A DNA stretch of 64,000 bases from a virus. Position 1 is the first letter of the stretch. Every line of letters begins with the position of its first letter. This document shows positions 9,477 to 18,738 of the stretch, one piece after another. The translations under genes and the position numbers were made by a program. The notes under the pieces were generated by a model. That model did no database searches, was not told the DNA's origin, and saw nothing but the letters and a program-made list of their open reading frames with translations. The stretch is from IMG/VR virus record IMGVR_UViG_3300009678_000004, positions 630 to 64,629 of that record, one strand, 5' to 3'.

Positions 9477-9691
9477 GTCTGACGACCCTCCTGGTTGGCA
9501 GCATCCCAGCCCAAGAGCCACTGGAGATCCTGCGTGATGTCGCGTTCCTTGCCTTCGCGATGCGCGCGCTGTCCGTCGCGATAATCCGCGGAATCCGGCA
9601 GCACCACGATCGTCGACGAGACGATGCGGTCCTCTTCCACGCGCCGCCATGGAGGGCGGTCGCTGAAGCGCTCTTCGGCTTGTGGTGCCAT
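9473..9691 (-). CDS. Small protein downstream of MuF-ADPRT; Rmf-like motif; candidate immunity protein
   Basis: YRDGQRAHREG...QWLLGWDAA; tightly coupled to both neighbours. Confidence 0.5.
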   Translation of the reverse strand: MAPQAEERFSDRPPWRRVEEDRIVSSTIVVLPDSADYRDGQRAHREGKERDITQDLQWLLGWDAANQEGRQT

Positions 9692-9694
9692 GCC

Positions 9695-11428
9695 TCACAT
9701 CTCCGGCGAGAGGTACTCCAGTTGATAGATGGGTCGTTCCACGATCACGCCGTCCGGCAATCGGTAGCTGAGCGTCTTTTGCGCGATGACGCGGAACTTG
9801 CTCTCGTGCGGCAGCAGATACTCGAACTGCTCCGGGTTGAACCCGGTCAGGATGCCACGCGATCCCGCCGGCAAGAGAATCTCGAAGCCGGCCGACGCGT
9901 CGCTGAGGAACCCGGTCAGCGGCACCGAGGACGTCGATGTGAAGCCCTTGAGCGTGATCACCTCGCCCGCCGTCGGCGCCCTCATGCCAGAGCCGAAGAA
10001 CCGATAGACGATCGTGTCGCGTTCGAGCGGCGGCTGCTTCAAGAGCAGACGCTGGAGCAAGTCCTCGCGCTGGCCACTCGGCAACGGCGCGCCGGCCTTG
10101 AGCGAGCGCAGCAGGGCATTGATGTCCTGATAGTCGCCGCTCTGGTAGCTCCGGATCGCGGCGTTCTCGGCCGCGCTGATCTGCGCCTTCATCCTGGCGA
10201 AGGCGTCATAGAGCGCCTTTTCGCGTGCACGTGTCGTCTTGTACAGCGGATCGCTGCGCTGGAAGAGCCGGAGCGCTTGGCGGACCTCGTCGTCGGGCGC
10301 GAAGGAGAGTGCACTCCGCTTGCCTGCCCGCTGCAGTTCCGCAAGCGTGAGCGGGTTTCCGGATTGATCGAGCATCTGCGACAGCGTGATCTTGCCGTCC
10401 TGCCAGAGCTGCCACTTGCCTGGGCCGAGCAACGCCTTCTGCTCGGCGACACTGCGCCGGCCGAGCCACTGCTCGAACGTCAGTCCTTGCACCGGCTCGC
10501 CGTCGATCGCTTGGCGATCCTTGTCCGAGAGATCCGCGAGCGCTCGGCGCTGCTCTGCAGTGCCGTCGGTCTCGATCTCGTCGGCGTCCTTCAGCACCAC
10601 CGACAGCGTCGATCGACAGTTGAAGTGAGCCGGCGGTTGCCCGGTCGGAAAGCTTTCCTGGTTCTGCTGACCCGGGAAGGGGTTGCCGTCGAGGTCCCAC
10701 GCCGACAGATGACGCGAGCGGCAGATCGCGCTGGTCACGTTGTCCATGACCGAGATCCATTGCACCCCGCGCACGAGTTCCGCGTTGTCCTGCGCCGCAC
10801 GCATCAGGGCGGCGTTGGCGATGGCATTGGTCGCGGTGCGCACCAGGGCGGTCGCATCCCGGCGCGCGCTCTCCATGGCGCCACCGATCCGCTCGCTACC
10901 GATGCGGGCGCCGATCACGCGCTCGATCAGCTCGCGGTCGGTCTCACCCGCAGCCACGCCCATGCGGATCTGATTCGATACGTTACGCGCGAGATCGGTC
11001 GACTGCTTGGCCCACCAGTCCTTGACCTTGCCGCCGTAGACCACCGTGTCGTTCACCAGCCCGCGCATCTCGCGCCGGGTGAGATTGAAGCTGAAGATGT
11101 CGGCTCCCACGGCCTCGTTCAGAACGCGCGCCACGACGGCCCCTTGCGCGCGCCCGAGATCGATCATCTGATCGGTGAGGATGACGCCCGCCTCGCGGAA
11201 CTTCTCCTTGATGATGCCGCGGATCTCGCCCAGCATCCGCTCGACGCGCTGGAACTTGAAGCTCTGGCGCACCACGCCCTCGACGTTCAATCGGTCGATC
11301 GTGTCGGCGAGCTGGTCCTGGAGTTCGAACAGCACCTCGTACACGTTGCGGCGCGCCGTCTCGGCGAAGCGCTGCACGTTGAACGCGCGCTCGATCAGCT
11401 CGTCGGTGATCTCGTCCGCGATCGCCAT
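9695..11428 (-). CDS. MuF (gp7-like) minor head protein with C-terminal VIP2/C3-like ADP-ribosyltransferase domain
   Basis: MuF motifs QWISVMDNVTSAIC and PPAHFNCRS; ART motifs YQDINALLR, VYR, FTSTS, QFEYLLP. Confidence 0.85.
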   Translation of the reverse strand: MAIADEITDELIERAFNVQRFAETARRNVYEVLFELQDQLADTIDRLNVEGVVRQSFKFQRVERMLGEIRGIIKEKFREAGVILTDQMIDLGRAQGAVVARVLNEAVGADIFSFNLTRREMRGLVNDTVVYGGKVKDWWAKQSTDLARNVSNQIRMGVAAGETDRELIERVIGARIGSERIGGAMESARRDATALVRTATNAIANAALMRAAQDNAELVRGVQWISVMDNVTSAICRSRHLSAWDLDGNPFPGQQNQESFPTGQPPAHFNCRSTLSVVLKDADEIETDGTAEQRRALADLSDKDRQAIDGEPVQGLTFEQWLGRRSVAEQKALLGPGKWQLWQDGKITLSQMLDQSGNPLTLAELQRAGKRSALSFAPDDEVRQALRLFQRSDPLYKTTRAREKALYDAFARMKAQISAAENAAIRSYQSGDYQDINALLRSLKAGAPLPSGQREDLLQRLLLKQPPLERDTIVYRFFGSGMRAPTAGEVITLKGFTSTSSVPLTGFLSDASAGFEILLPAGSRGILTGFNPEQFEYLLPHESKFRVIAQKTLSYRLPDGVIVERPIYQLEYLSPEM

Positions 11429-12972
11429 CAGGCCGCCGCCTCCTTGCCGTCGTCCTCAGGCTCCGCGTCGTCCTTTGCGTCCTCGTCCGGCTCCTCGTCC
11501 TGCGCCTCGTCCTGCGCCGGTTGCTCGTTCTTCTGGTTCTGGCTGGTCGGCAAAACGCCCATCGGCGGGCCCGCAGCAATCAGCGCCGCCTCGTCCTCGG
11601 CGGTGACGTTGTCGGGGATCAGCTCGCCGCGCTGGATGTTGTAGAACCAGGTATTCCATGACAGCATCCCGGACTGCACGGCGAGCATGAGCTGCGTCAC
11701 CATCGCCGGCTCGATGCCGAGCAGGTTGAAGTCGCGGTTCAACTTGAACGCGATCTCGCCGCCGAGCGCCAGCCACTGGGCTACCAGCTCCAGCGCATGC
11801 TCGATACCCTCCGAGCAGCTGCCGGCGATCTTGGCCAGCACCGATTGCTCGCCCGACTGGCGCAGACGCAGCGTCTCGGCCGCCTCCGCTTCGCGCTTCT
11901 GCTCTTCGAGTAAGCGCGCGCCGAGCGCTGCCATCTCGGATTTCTTCTCCTGCATCGCCTCTTTGATTGCGCCGAGCCCCGCGCCGGTGAACTCGAGGAA
12001 CCCACAATGTGCCGCGGGCTCATTCGTCACCCAGGCGATCACCGAGCCCACCTTCAGCTCGTCGCCCTTGAGATCGAAGCCCGCCGCCCATGCCGTTGGT
12101 AGCGCGCTCATGTGCAGGCCGTGCTCGAGGTCGGCGGAGTTGCGGTAGTGCGCCAGGTTGACGTTCGCCAGATCGAGCGTCGGACTCTTCTCGACCTCGG
12201 GCTCCTGGCTGCTCGGGCCGATGAAGATGAACGGAATTTCGTCGAGCGCTTTTCCGCCGCGCATGCGGGGGACGGTGGTCTTCTCGATGAACCAGCTTTC
12301 CTTCTCGGAGGATGTGGCCTCGACCTTGGCCCAGACCTCGACGAAGTAGGTGAGCGCATCGGACGCCACCGTGGGCTCCACTTCCGCGCCGTCCGTGCCG
12401 GATGCCTGGCCGAGCCGCAGCACGCGATACTTGGTCACCGGCTTGAACGCGAACGGGTCCTTGGGGTCCGGTGTCTGCGTCATCTCGCGCAGCACCACGC
12501 GCGTCAGCACCTGACGCCCAGCGATCAGCTGGCTGTTCCAGCTGACGATGTCCTCGGCGTAGTAGATCGACAGGAACGGCTCGCCGTTCTCGACGTCGTC
12601 GGGCGCATCGACCAGGAGGCCGACACGGCCCATGCCGATCACCTCGTCGAGCGTGGTGTGCGTCAGTTGCTCGAGCGATTGGCCTGCGTTGCCGAGATGA
12701 TCGAGCAGATCCTCCATCGCCGCCGGAACGGTCAGCTCCGGCTCTTTCCGGAAGATTGCGCCTGCCAAGCCTTGACGCGTGCGGGAAGAAGCGGCGAAGA
12801 ACATGGCGCGCGTCTTGTAGCTCTCGTAATCGCGCGCACTCTGACCCTCGAGCGCTGGCAGGTACAGGATGCCGGCCGCCTTGACCGCCCGTTCGCCGTC
12901 GAGCACGTCGCGGCACCGGCGCCAGTCGTCCTCGGCCTGCTTGTACTGCGGGTGTTTCGTGTCGACCGGCAT
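11428..12972 (-). CDS. Portal protein (DUF4055-like)
   Basis: HPQY..W, YLPAL, YKTRAMF, IPFIFIG, NLAHYRNSADLEHGLH; follows terminase. Confidence 0.9.
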   Translation of the reverse strand: MPVDTKHPQYKQAEDDWRRCRDVLDGERAVKAAGILYLPALEGQSARDYESYKTRAMFFAASSRTRQGLAGAIFRKEPELTVPAAMEDLLDHLGNAGQSLEQLTHTTLDEVIGMGRVGLLVDAPDDVENGEPFLSIYYAEDIVSWNSQLIAGRQVLTRVVLREMTQTPDPKDPFAFKPVTKYRVLRLGQASGTDGAEVEPTVASDALTYFVEVWAKVEATSSEKESWFIEKTTVPRMRGGKALDEIPFIFIGPSSQEPEVEKSPTLDLANVNLAHYRNSADLEHGLHMSALPTAWAAGFDLKGDELKVGSVIAWVTNEPAAHCGFLEFTGAGLGAIKEAMQEKKSEMAALGARLLEEQKREAEAAETLRLRQSGEQSVLAKIAGSCSEGIEHALELVAQWLALGGEIAFKLNRDFNLLGIEPAMVTQLMLAVQSGMLSWNTWFYNIQRGELIPDNVTAEDEAALIAAGPPMGVLPTSQNQKNEQPAQDEAQDEEPDEDAKDDAEPEDDGKEAAA

Positions 12973-12975
12973 GAA

Positions 12976-14349
12976 TCAGAAACCCCTGAGCTTGTGCACG
13001 CCGACGGTCGGACGATGCAGGCCGAACAGATGCGCGACGGGATAGCTCATTGCGTCGCATAAATGTGAGAGCGCCTTCTGCGCGTCGGTGTTGATGATCT
13101 CGTGCGCGTAGGCTTGTAGGTAGCGGCGTAGCCTCACGCACGCTGGCGCGATGGTGAGCGTGACACGGCCATCTTTCGCGCGGAACTTACCGTTCACCGC
13201 GTTGAAGCGGTCCTTGCGGAGAGGATTCGCGCGCGGCGCCTCGATCTCGAACCCGTGCCCCTTGATGGTCTGGAAGTCGCTCTTGCCGGAGTTGGTGTGT
13301 GCGAGCGCGCCCGACGCGTCCGGATAGACCATCACCAGGCGCTGGCCGAAGCGCTCGCGCAGCGTGATGCACATCGAGTCCGTGTCGGAGTTCGGTAGCT
13401 CGATCTCGTGGAAGAAGTGCATCCGGTCGCCGAGGCGCCAGAACACCGCTGCCGCCATCGGGTTGTTGTTGAAGTCCATGCCGACGCCGAGCTCGGCCTC
13501 CATCGGCACTGGCAGATCCACCACGTTCTCGGCCGGGTCGAACGCGTAATAGACCAGCCCCTCGGACAGATTGACGAACTCGCCCTCGATGTAGGCCTGC
13601 GCGGCCTTCGCCGTCAGCGAGGCTTCGAGGTTGCGCACGTAGGACGCCGGCAGCGCCAGGTTCTGCCGCGTCGACGCTTGCACGATGCCGACGTCGAGCT
13701 TTTGCTTCAGGTCGCCGATGCAGAGGTCGTAACCCCAGTTCAGCTGCTCCGGCGTGCACGTCAGGTTGATCTCGCGATGCCTGGCACCGGGCGCGCGCAC
13801 GCGGGCGATCATGGCGTCGAACACCGCCTGATCTTGCAGGAACGCCTCATCGATCCAGGCCGCGGCGAGGTTGTCACCGCGCAGGGAAAGAGGGTTGTCG
13901 CCGGAGAGGATGCCGATCGTCGCCCGTCGCCCGTGGTAGTTGATGTAAAACGCGTTGTTGAGCCCGTGGTAGTGCCAGCGGAAGCGACGCCGACCAAGGA
14001 GGCGCTCCTTGCCGTCGAGCAGCATCTGCAGGGCGGTGATGCTAGTGCGCCGCGCCATGGCGAAGGTTGGCGACACGGCGCCCACCGGGATCGGCGCGTT
14101 CTGCAGCGCGAGCGCGATGATGCGCTTGGCGCCGATCTGCGTCTTCCCCGACCCGTAGCCGGCGACCAATGCCTTGATGAACGTCGGCAGCTCCCACCAA
14201 CGGCGTTGATGCAGCCACATGCCGCCCTTGAGGACGGCGTTGTTCACCGGGTCGAGCACCGGCTCTTCCTTGCGCCAGAAACTCGTTTCCCCCGCGGCAG
14301 GCGTGGGAGCTTGCTCGATCTCGAGTTCGCCGGCGGCGAGAAGACTCAT
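12976..14349 (-). CDS. terL: Terminase large subunit
   Basis: Walker A AGYGSGKT, LRGDNL..WIDEA Walker B, GMDFN nuclease motif, HLCDAMSY. Confidence 0.95.
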   Translation of the reverse strand: MSLLAAGELEIEQAPTPAAGETSFWRKEEPVLDPVNNAVLKGGMWLHQRRWWELPTFIKALVAGYGSGKTQIGAKRIIALALQNAPIPVGAVSPTFAMARRTSITALQMLLDGKERLLGRRRFRWHYHGLNNAFYINYHGRRATIGILSGDNPLSLRGDNLAAAWIDEAFLQDQAVFDAMIARVRAPGARHREINLTCTPEQLNWGYDLCIGDLKQKLDVGIVQASTRQNLALPASYVRNLEASLTAKAAQAYIEGEFVNLSEGLVYYAFDPAENVVDLPVPMEAELGVGMDFNNNPMAAAVFWRLGDRMHFFHEIELPNSDTDSMCITLRERFGQRLVMVYPDASGALAHTNSGKSDFQTIKGHGFEIEAPRANPLRKDRFNAVNGKFRAKDGRVTLTIAPACVRLRRYLQAYAHEIINTDAQKALSHLCDAMSYPVAHLFGLHRPTVGVHKLRGF

Positions 14350-14711
14350 AGGAACGTCTCCTCGGGATTGACCGGGTCATCGCCGCCGCTCGCGGGGTCC
14401 GGCTGACGCACGAAGTACTTCGGGAAGCGACGCTCGAGATGCCACGCGCGCGCGCGCCAGTCCTCATGCTGGCGGATGGTCTGCAGGCTGTCGTCGACGT
14501 AGGTCGCTTCCGCCTTCTTCACCGCGTCGTGGAACTCGCGAAACATCGCCGGCGCGTCGGGCTTCTCGCCCTTGATCATGTAACGCGCGAGCGTGTCGGG
14601 ATCGATGCCGGCGTAGCGCGCGGCGAAGTTGTGGAAGTGGCCACGCTCGAGCGCCTCGACAATGCGCCGCTGCACCAGCGGAGTCAGCTTGATTGGTCGG
14701 CCTTTGGGCAT
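14346..14711 (-). CDS. terS: Terminase small subunit
   Basis: GRPIKLT HTH, AARYAGI, DWRARAWHLERRFP; directly upstream of terL. Confidence 0.8.
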   Translation of the reverse strand: MPKGRPIKLTPLVQRRIVEALERGHFHNFAARYAGIDPDTLARYMIKGEKPDAPAMFREFHDAVKKAEATYVDDSLQTIRQHEDWRARAWHLERRFPKYFVRQPDPASGGDDPVNPEETFL

Positions 14712-14839
14712 CAGACGAACAGGCGAGCCGCCACCATCAGAAGAAACGAGAGACCGAACGAGAGCACCATCACCGCCGCCAGCGCACCTAACAGCGGCAG
14801 GTCATCGCGCAGGTAGAGCGCGAGAGTGCGTCGGCTCAT
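14711..14839 (-). CDS. Small membrane protein
   Basis: Single hydrophobic helix; coupled to terS. Confidence 0.45.
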   Translation of the reverse strand: MSRRTLALYLRDDLPLLGALAAVMVLSFGLSFLLMVAARLFV

Positions 14840-14971
14840 GCCATGCCTCCCCGGAGTTTGCGCCAGCATCGGGCGCAGAGCCAGTAAGGGCCACGCGTAC
14901 CGCGCATCGCCACCAGCACGGGGCCGGTGCTGCCGCACAGACAGCGCGCGCCAAGGATCCGTGCTTCGGTG

Positions 14972-15406
14972 TCACCCATCGAGGACCTCTGGCTCCGTGG
15001 GATGACCGAGCAGCAACGCAAGCTGCTCGAGGATCAGGTCGCTGATCATGTCGCCCGGCGTGCAGCGCAGCACGCGCCAGCCGCAGATCAGCGCCAGATT
15101 GCACTTCTCCACGTCGCGCAGAAAACACGCGCGACCCGGCACCACTTCCAGCGCGATCTTCGGTGTGGGCCAAGCCCATTCGAGTCGGCACTTCCGGCGC
15201 GGGTGAAACCGATACTCGGCCTCGGGCTCCGGCAGGCCGCGGCGCACCAGCGCATCGAGAAACGCCTGGTGGATGATCGTCTTGACGTGCGTGTGCCGCT
15301 CCTGGGCGGAGCGCTGAGGATGAACCCGGCTCGTCGCTCCCGCACCTGCCACAGATCGATGAGGGCATGAAGGAGAGTTATCGGCGAGAGGGCGAGCCGG
15401 GTCCAT
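14972..15406 (-). CDS. DUF559/Vsr-like PD-(D/E)XK nuclease, degenerate active site
   Basis: EYRFHPRRKCRLEWAWP..KIALEV and GWRVLR. Confidence 0.6.
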   Translation of the reverse strand: MDPARPLADNSPSCPHRSVAGAGATSRVHPQRSAQERHTHVKTIIHQAFLDALVRRGLPEPEAEYRFHPRRKCRLEWAWPTPKIALEVVPGRACFLRDVEKCNLALICGWRVLRCTPGDMISDLILEQLALLLGHPTEPEVLDG

Positions 15407-15419
15407 TTTGGGGATCCTG

Positions 15420-15896
15420 TCAGATGAGAACCGTGAGCGCGTTGATCAGCATCTGCGCCGCGGCCGGGCTCAACTTGGTGCCCGCCAATCGCAGCAGCGC
15501 CGCCTCGCGGCCACGCTCCGAGGTGATCTGACTGAGCGTCCTGGCGCTCGCGGTCAGCACCGCGTGCAGTTCCGCCGGCGAGAGCCCGCGATAGAGCACC
15601 AGCAGTTCCGCCTCGGTGGTGCCGACGAACCGCGACTGCAGGATGCCGAGCAGCTGGCCGAGCGACATGGCGGCGATCGCGTTGCGGTACTCGAGCCACC
15701 ACGCCTGCACGTTCTTGGCGTCCGAGTTCTCGAGATTGAGGTCGCTCAGCTTCTGCGCGACGCCGTCCAGCAGATCGGGAACCTCGGCGGCCTTGCGGCT
15801 CAGATCGCCGGAGGCCTTGGTGGCAGCGACCGACTTGGCCGTGGTCACCAGCGGTTTCTTGGCCGGCGTGTCGTCCGGGATCTGGGTCTCGTCCAT
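15420..15896 (-). CDS. Hypothetical protein
   Basis: GAGG RBS; helical ORF in operon. Confidence 0.55.
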   Translation of the reverse strand: MDETQIPDDTPAKKPLVTTAKSVAATKASGDLSRKAAEVPDLLDGVAQKLSDLNLENSDAKNVQAWWLEYRNAIAAMSLGQLLGILQSRFVGTTEAELLVLYRGLSPAELHAVLTASARTLSQITSERGREAALLRLAGTKLSPAAAQMLINALTVLI

Positions 15897-15909
15897 GGGC
15901 TCCGGCTCC

Positions 15910-16323
15910 TTAGGAGGTTTGGTGTGATAGGTGATTCAGAACGATCTGCCCGACCAGCATGATCACGCGCACCTTCTCGGCGCGCTCTTCATCGAGCACG
16001 CCGTCCTGGACCATCTGATCGAACGACACGCGCGCGGCGATCACCGAGTTGCGAAAGGCGTCGGCGGTGGTCTCGCTCGCCGCGTACGCGCGCGCCTGCG
16101 TGGACAGCGTGGTGAGCACGACTTTCGCGCTGGTGATCACGCGCAACACCTTCACGTCGCCCGGGAACGCCGCGGCGATGGAGTCGAGGTCGGCGACCAC
16201 CAGGTCGAGCTCGCCCGCCACCACGCGCGCCACCTCGTGCGGGTCGGTGGGTTCGCTGCCGCCGCCGGTGGACAGGCACGACGGGAGCAGCGCGAGCACG
16301 ATGGCGGGGAGAAGCTGACGCAT
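15910..16323 (-). CDS. Lipoprotein
   Basis: MRQLLPAIVLALLPSC lipobox-like signal. Confidence 0.65.
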   Translation of the reverse strand: MRQLLPAIVLALLPSCLSTGGGSEPTDPHEVARVVAGELDLVVADLDSIAAAFPGDVKVLRVITSAKVVLTTLSTQARAYAASETTADAFRNSVIAARVSFDQMVQDGVLDEERAEKVRVIMLVGQIVLNHLSHQTS

Positions 16324-16335
16324 GGGGGTCTCCGG

Positions 16336-16743
16336 TTAGTCGATGAACGCGAGGCTGATCTGGAACAGGATCTCGACCGTGTAGGTCACGCCACCGACGA
16401 CCACGCTGCCAATGCCCGCGTAGCCGCTCGGCAGATCGATCACGTTCTGCGAGGACGCCGACTGGATGTGCAGCGAGGAGCGCACGCTCTCGGAGTTGGC
16501 GACGTCGTTCGCGGTGAAGCCGAACGCCTGGTACACCTTCACGTAGAACTCGGCGTCCATGGAATTGGTTGTGGTGTAGACGTAGTGCCCCTGGAGGCTG
16601 CCGTTGCCGACGGTGCCGGCCACGGTCCATCGGTATCCGGGGTTGAGCGTGATCAGCGCCGGCGAAGGTGACGGTGCCGCCGCGGGGGACATGGCGCAGG
16701 CGACGAACAGCAGGCCGATCAGGCTGAAGAGTTTCGATCTCAT
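16336..16743 (-). CDS. Exported protein or lipoprotein
   Basis: MRSKLFSLIGLLFVAC signal. Confidence 0.6.
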   Translation of the reverse strand: MRSKLFSLIGLLFVACAMSPAAAPSPSPALITLNPGYRWTVAGTVGNGSLQGHYVYTTTNSMDAEFYVKVYQAFGFTANDVANSESVRSSLHIQSASSQNVIDLPSGYAGIGSVVVGGVTYTVEILFQISLAFID

Positions 16744-16768
16744 GACATCACTCTTTTCGTTGGGGGGT

Positions 16769-17119
16769 TCACACAAGCGGGCCAAGGGTTCCGGTTTGCC
16801 CGGCAAAGTCGAGCCAAGGGCCACCGTCCGACTGTTTGCGTTGCATGGTCCAGTTCCAGCGGATGCAGACATCGAAAACCGATTCGACACAGGTCAGCAG
16901 CATGCGTTGCTTGGGCTGGTTGGGCGGCGCGGGATAGCCTGGGTAGTAGCCGTGATCGGACTCGGTGGGCCCGCCGATCCAGGTGAACCAGTCCCACGTA
17001 CCATCGTCCAAGTCGATGCGTAGCCCGCCGGGTCCTTGGCTGGTCACCGTGCCGACTGTGTCGCCGTCCGCGTTTTTGAACGGGCCCGAGCCAATGCCCG
17101 GCAGCTGCTTGTCGTGCAT
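16769..17119 (-). CDS. Trp-rich CxRWxW-motif protein (paralogue 1)
   Basis: CVESVFDVCIRWNW; GAGGTG RBS. Confidence 0.6.
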   Translation of the reverse strand: MHDKQLPGIGSGPFKNADGDTVGTVTSQGPGGLRIDLDDGTWDWFTWIGGPTESDHGYYPGYPAPPNQPKQRMLLTCVESVFDVCIRWNWTMQRKQSDGGPWLDFAGQTGTLGPLV

Positions 17120-17232
17120 CGATACTCACCTCGAGGGAGATCGGGAGTCGGCGAAATGGCGGCGATAATCGACCGCCGTGGGAGTCAGTCACGGCCCACC
17201 CCGCCAGATGTTTTCGCCGACCCTCGAAGCCT

Positions 17233-17670
17233 TCAGAGCGAGCCTCCCGGATCCGGGGCGCCACCGACCACGCGCTCGACGGTCAGTTCGAACTCCCACC
17301 ACTCGCCATTCGTGGAGAGGATGTCCATGTGGCCGCGCGTACCATGCCATGTGATGGTGCCGACGATCCACGGCTCGAGCGGGTGGATCACAAGGCACTG
17401 ATGCCAGCCGTCGGCATCGGTGAACGGCCCGTGCCACCAGGAATCGAAGCCAGCGAGCGGCCAGAACTTGTCTTGCCCATCGATGTACATCGCGCCGTGA
17501 CCATCGGTCCCGACCTCGGTGTCGATGTAACCCTCGATCGCCATCGGCCAGTTGGTCACCCGGAACACGTACACATCGGCCCACAGCGCTTGCAGCGGCA
17601 AGAGCACCAGGGCGAGCAGGAACGCGAGAGTCAAAAGCGCGGGACGCCGCAGAGCGCGAGCGATCAGCAT
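17233..17670 (-). CDS. Secreted Trp-rich protein
   Basis: Signal peptide ending LQALWA; AAAGGA RBS. Confidence 0.6.
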   Translation of the reverse strand: MLIARALRRPALLTLAFLLALVLLPLQALWADVYVFRVTNWPMAIEGYIDTEVGTDGHGAMYIDGQDKFWPLAGFDSWWHGPFTDADGWHQCLVIHPLEPWIVGTITWHGTRGHMDILSTNGEWWEFELTVERVVGGAPDPGGSL

Positions 17671-17706
17671 CCGTGCACATCCTTTTGACTCCTGAGAAGG
17701 AAACGG

Positions 17707-17928
17707 TCACATCTTGATCGACGACAGATACTCCCACGCGCCGAAGGCTTTCATCAGCCAGACGATCAGCACGATCACGACCACGACGTTCAGGATCGTC
17801 TTGATCTTCTGGTCCATGGGCACATAGCGGTTCACGACCAGCAGTGCGACGCCGCAGATGACGATCGCCACCGCCACCTCGAGCAGCGACGTGGCGAGCA
17901 GCGGCAACACAAACAGGCTCAGGCTCAT
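17707..17928 (-). CDS. Two-TM membrane protein (Thivi_2564-like), holin candidate
   Basis: GVALLVVNRYVPMDQKIKTILNVVVVIVLIVWL. Confidence 0.65.
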   Translation of the reverse strand: MSLSLFVLPLLATSLLEVAVAIVICGVALLVVNRYVPMDQKIKTILNVVVVIVLIVWLMKAFGAWEYLSSIKM

Positions 17929-18101
17929 CGGATCCTCCCGGCTTTGCGCGGCGTGAGGTTGCGGCGCAGGATGTCGAGCACGTCGTGCTCATTGATCAGC
18001 GGGCCCTTCTCCGGCTCGGCGTTGATGGTGGTGACGATCTCGGGAACGGTCATGCCGTCCCGGGACATGGCCGCGATCTTCCGCTTCATGCGATGGCTCA
18101 T
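17925..18101 (-). CDS. Small HTH-like protein
   Basis: MSRDGMTVPEIVTTIN pattern. Confidence 0.4.
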   Translation of the reverse strand: MSHRMKRKIAAMSRDGMTVPEIVTTINAEPEKGPLINEHDVLDILRRNLTPRKAGRIR

Positions 18102-18409
18102 CAGACGATCGATCCTCTGGCGATCAGCCCGCCGTTCTCGTCGCGCAGGTACCACTCCCAGCGCAGGCAGTGATGCCCGATGTCCCACTGGAGGCAATCA
18201 AACTCGAGGTAGTCGCCGACCGGCACGTGGCTCTGCCGGTACTTGTCGCCGAAGATCAACCCGATGCCGTAGAACCAGTCGGCCCCGCTGTCGAGCGGCG
18301 GATCGCAGTCGAACACCAGCGTGTTGCCGCCGTCCGGCGAGGTCACGCCACCGATCGCCTGGCCGGCCTCGTTGAACACTGCGCCGCTCGGCTTGGTGAA
18401 CTTGCTCAT
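18101..18409 (-). CDS. Trp-rich CxRWxW-motif protein (paralogue 2)
   Basis: CLQWDIGHHCLRWEW. Confidence 0.6.
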   Translation of the reverse strand: MSKFTKPSGAVFNEAGQAIGGVTSPDGGNTLVFDCDPPLDSGADWFYGIGLIFGDKYRQSHVPVGDYLEFDCLQWDIGHHCLRWEWYLRDENGGLIARGSIV

Positions 18410-18738
18410 CAGAACGGCACCACCACGCCGCGGTTGTTGGGGCCGGCCACGTCCATCCATGGCGAGTTCACGTTCACGCGATACTGGTACTTCCACTCCC
18501 AGCGGTTGCAGCCGCCGTCGCCGCTCGGCAGGACGCACCAGAAGCTGAACCGCCCGAGCTGGTCGGCGGGACCGTTGCTCACCCAGTAGGTTCCGTCGCT
18601 GTGCCAGAGCGCGCCCGTTTCAGTCTCGTTCATCGTCACGACGATCGCGTCCTCGCCCTCGACCACGTCGAGCGTGCCGATCTCGGCCGGTGGGTTGGCG
18701 CTATTCCAGATCGTCCCGTCCTTGGTGATCTTGCTCAT
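18409..18738 (-). CDS. Trp-rich CxRWxW-motif protein (paralogue 3)
   Basis: CVLPSGDGGCNRWEW. Confidence 0.6.
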   Translation of the reverse strand: MSKITKDGTIWNSANPPAEIGTLDVVEGEDAIVVTMNETETGALWHSDGTYWVSNGPADQLGRFSFWCVLPSGDGGCNRWEWKYQYRVNVNSPWMDVAGPNNRGVVVPF

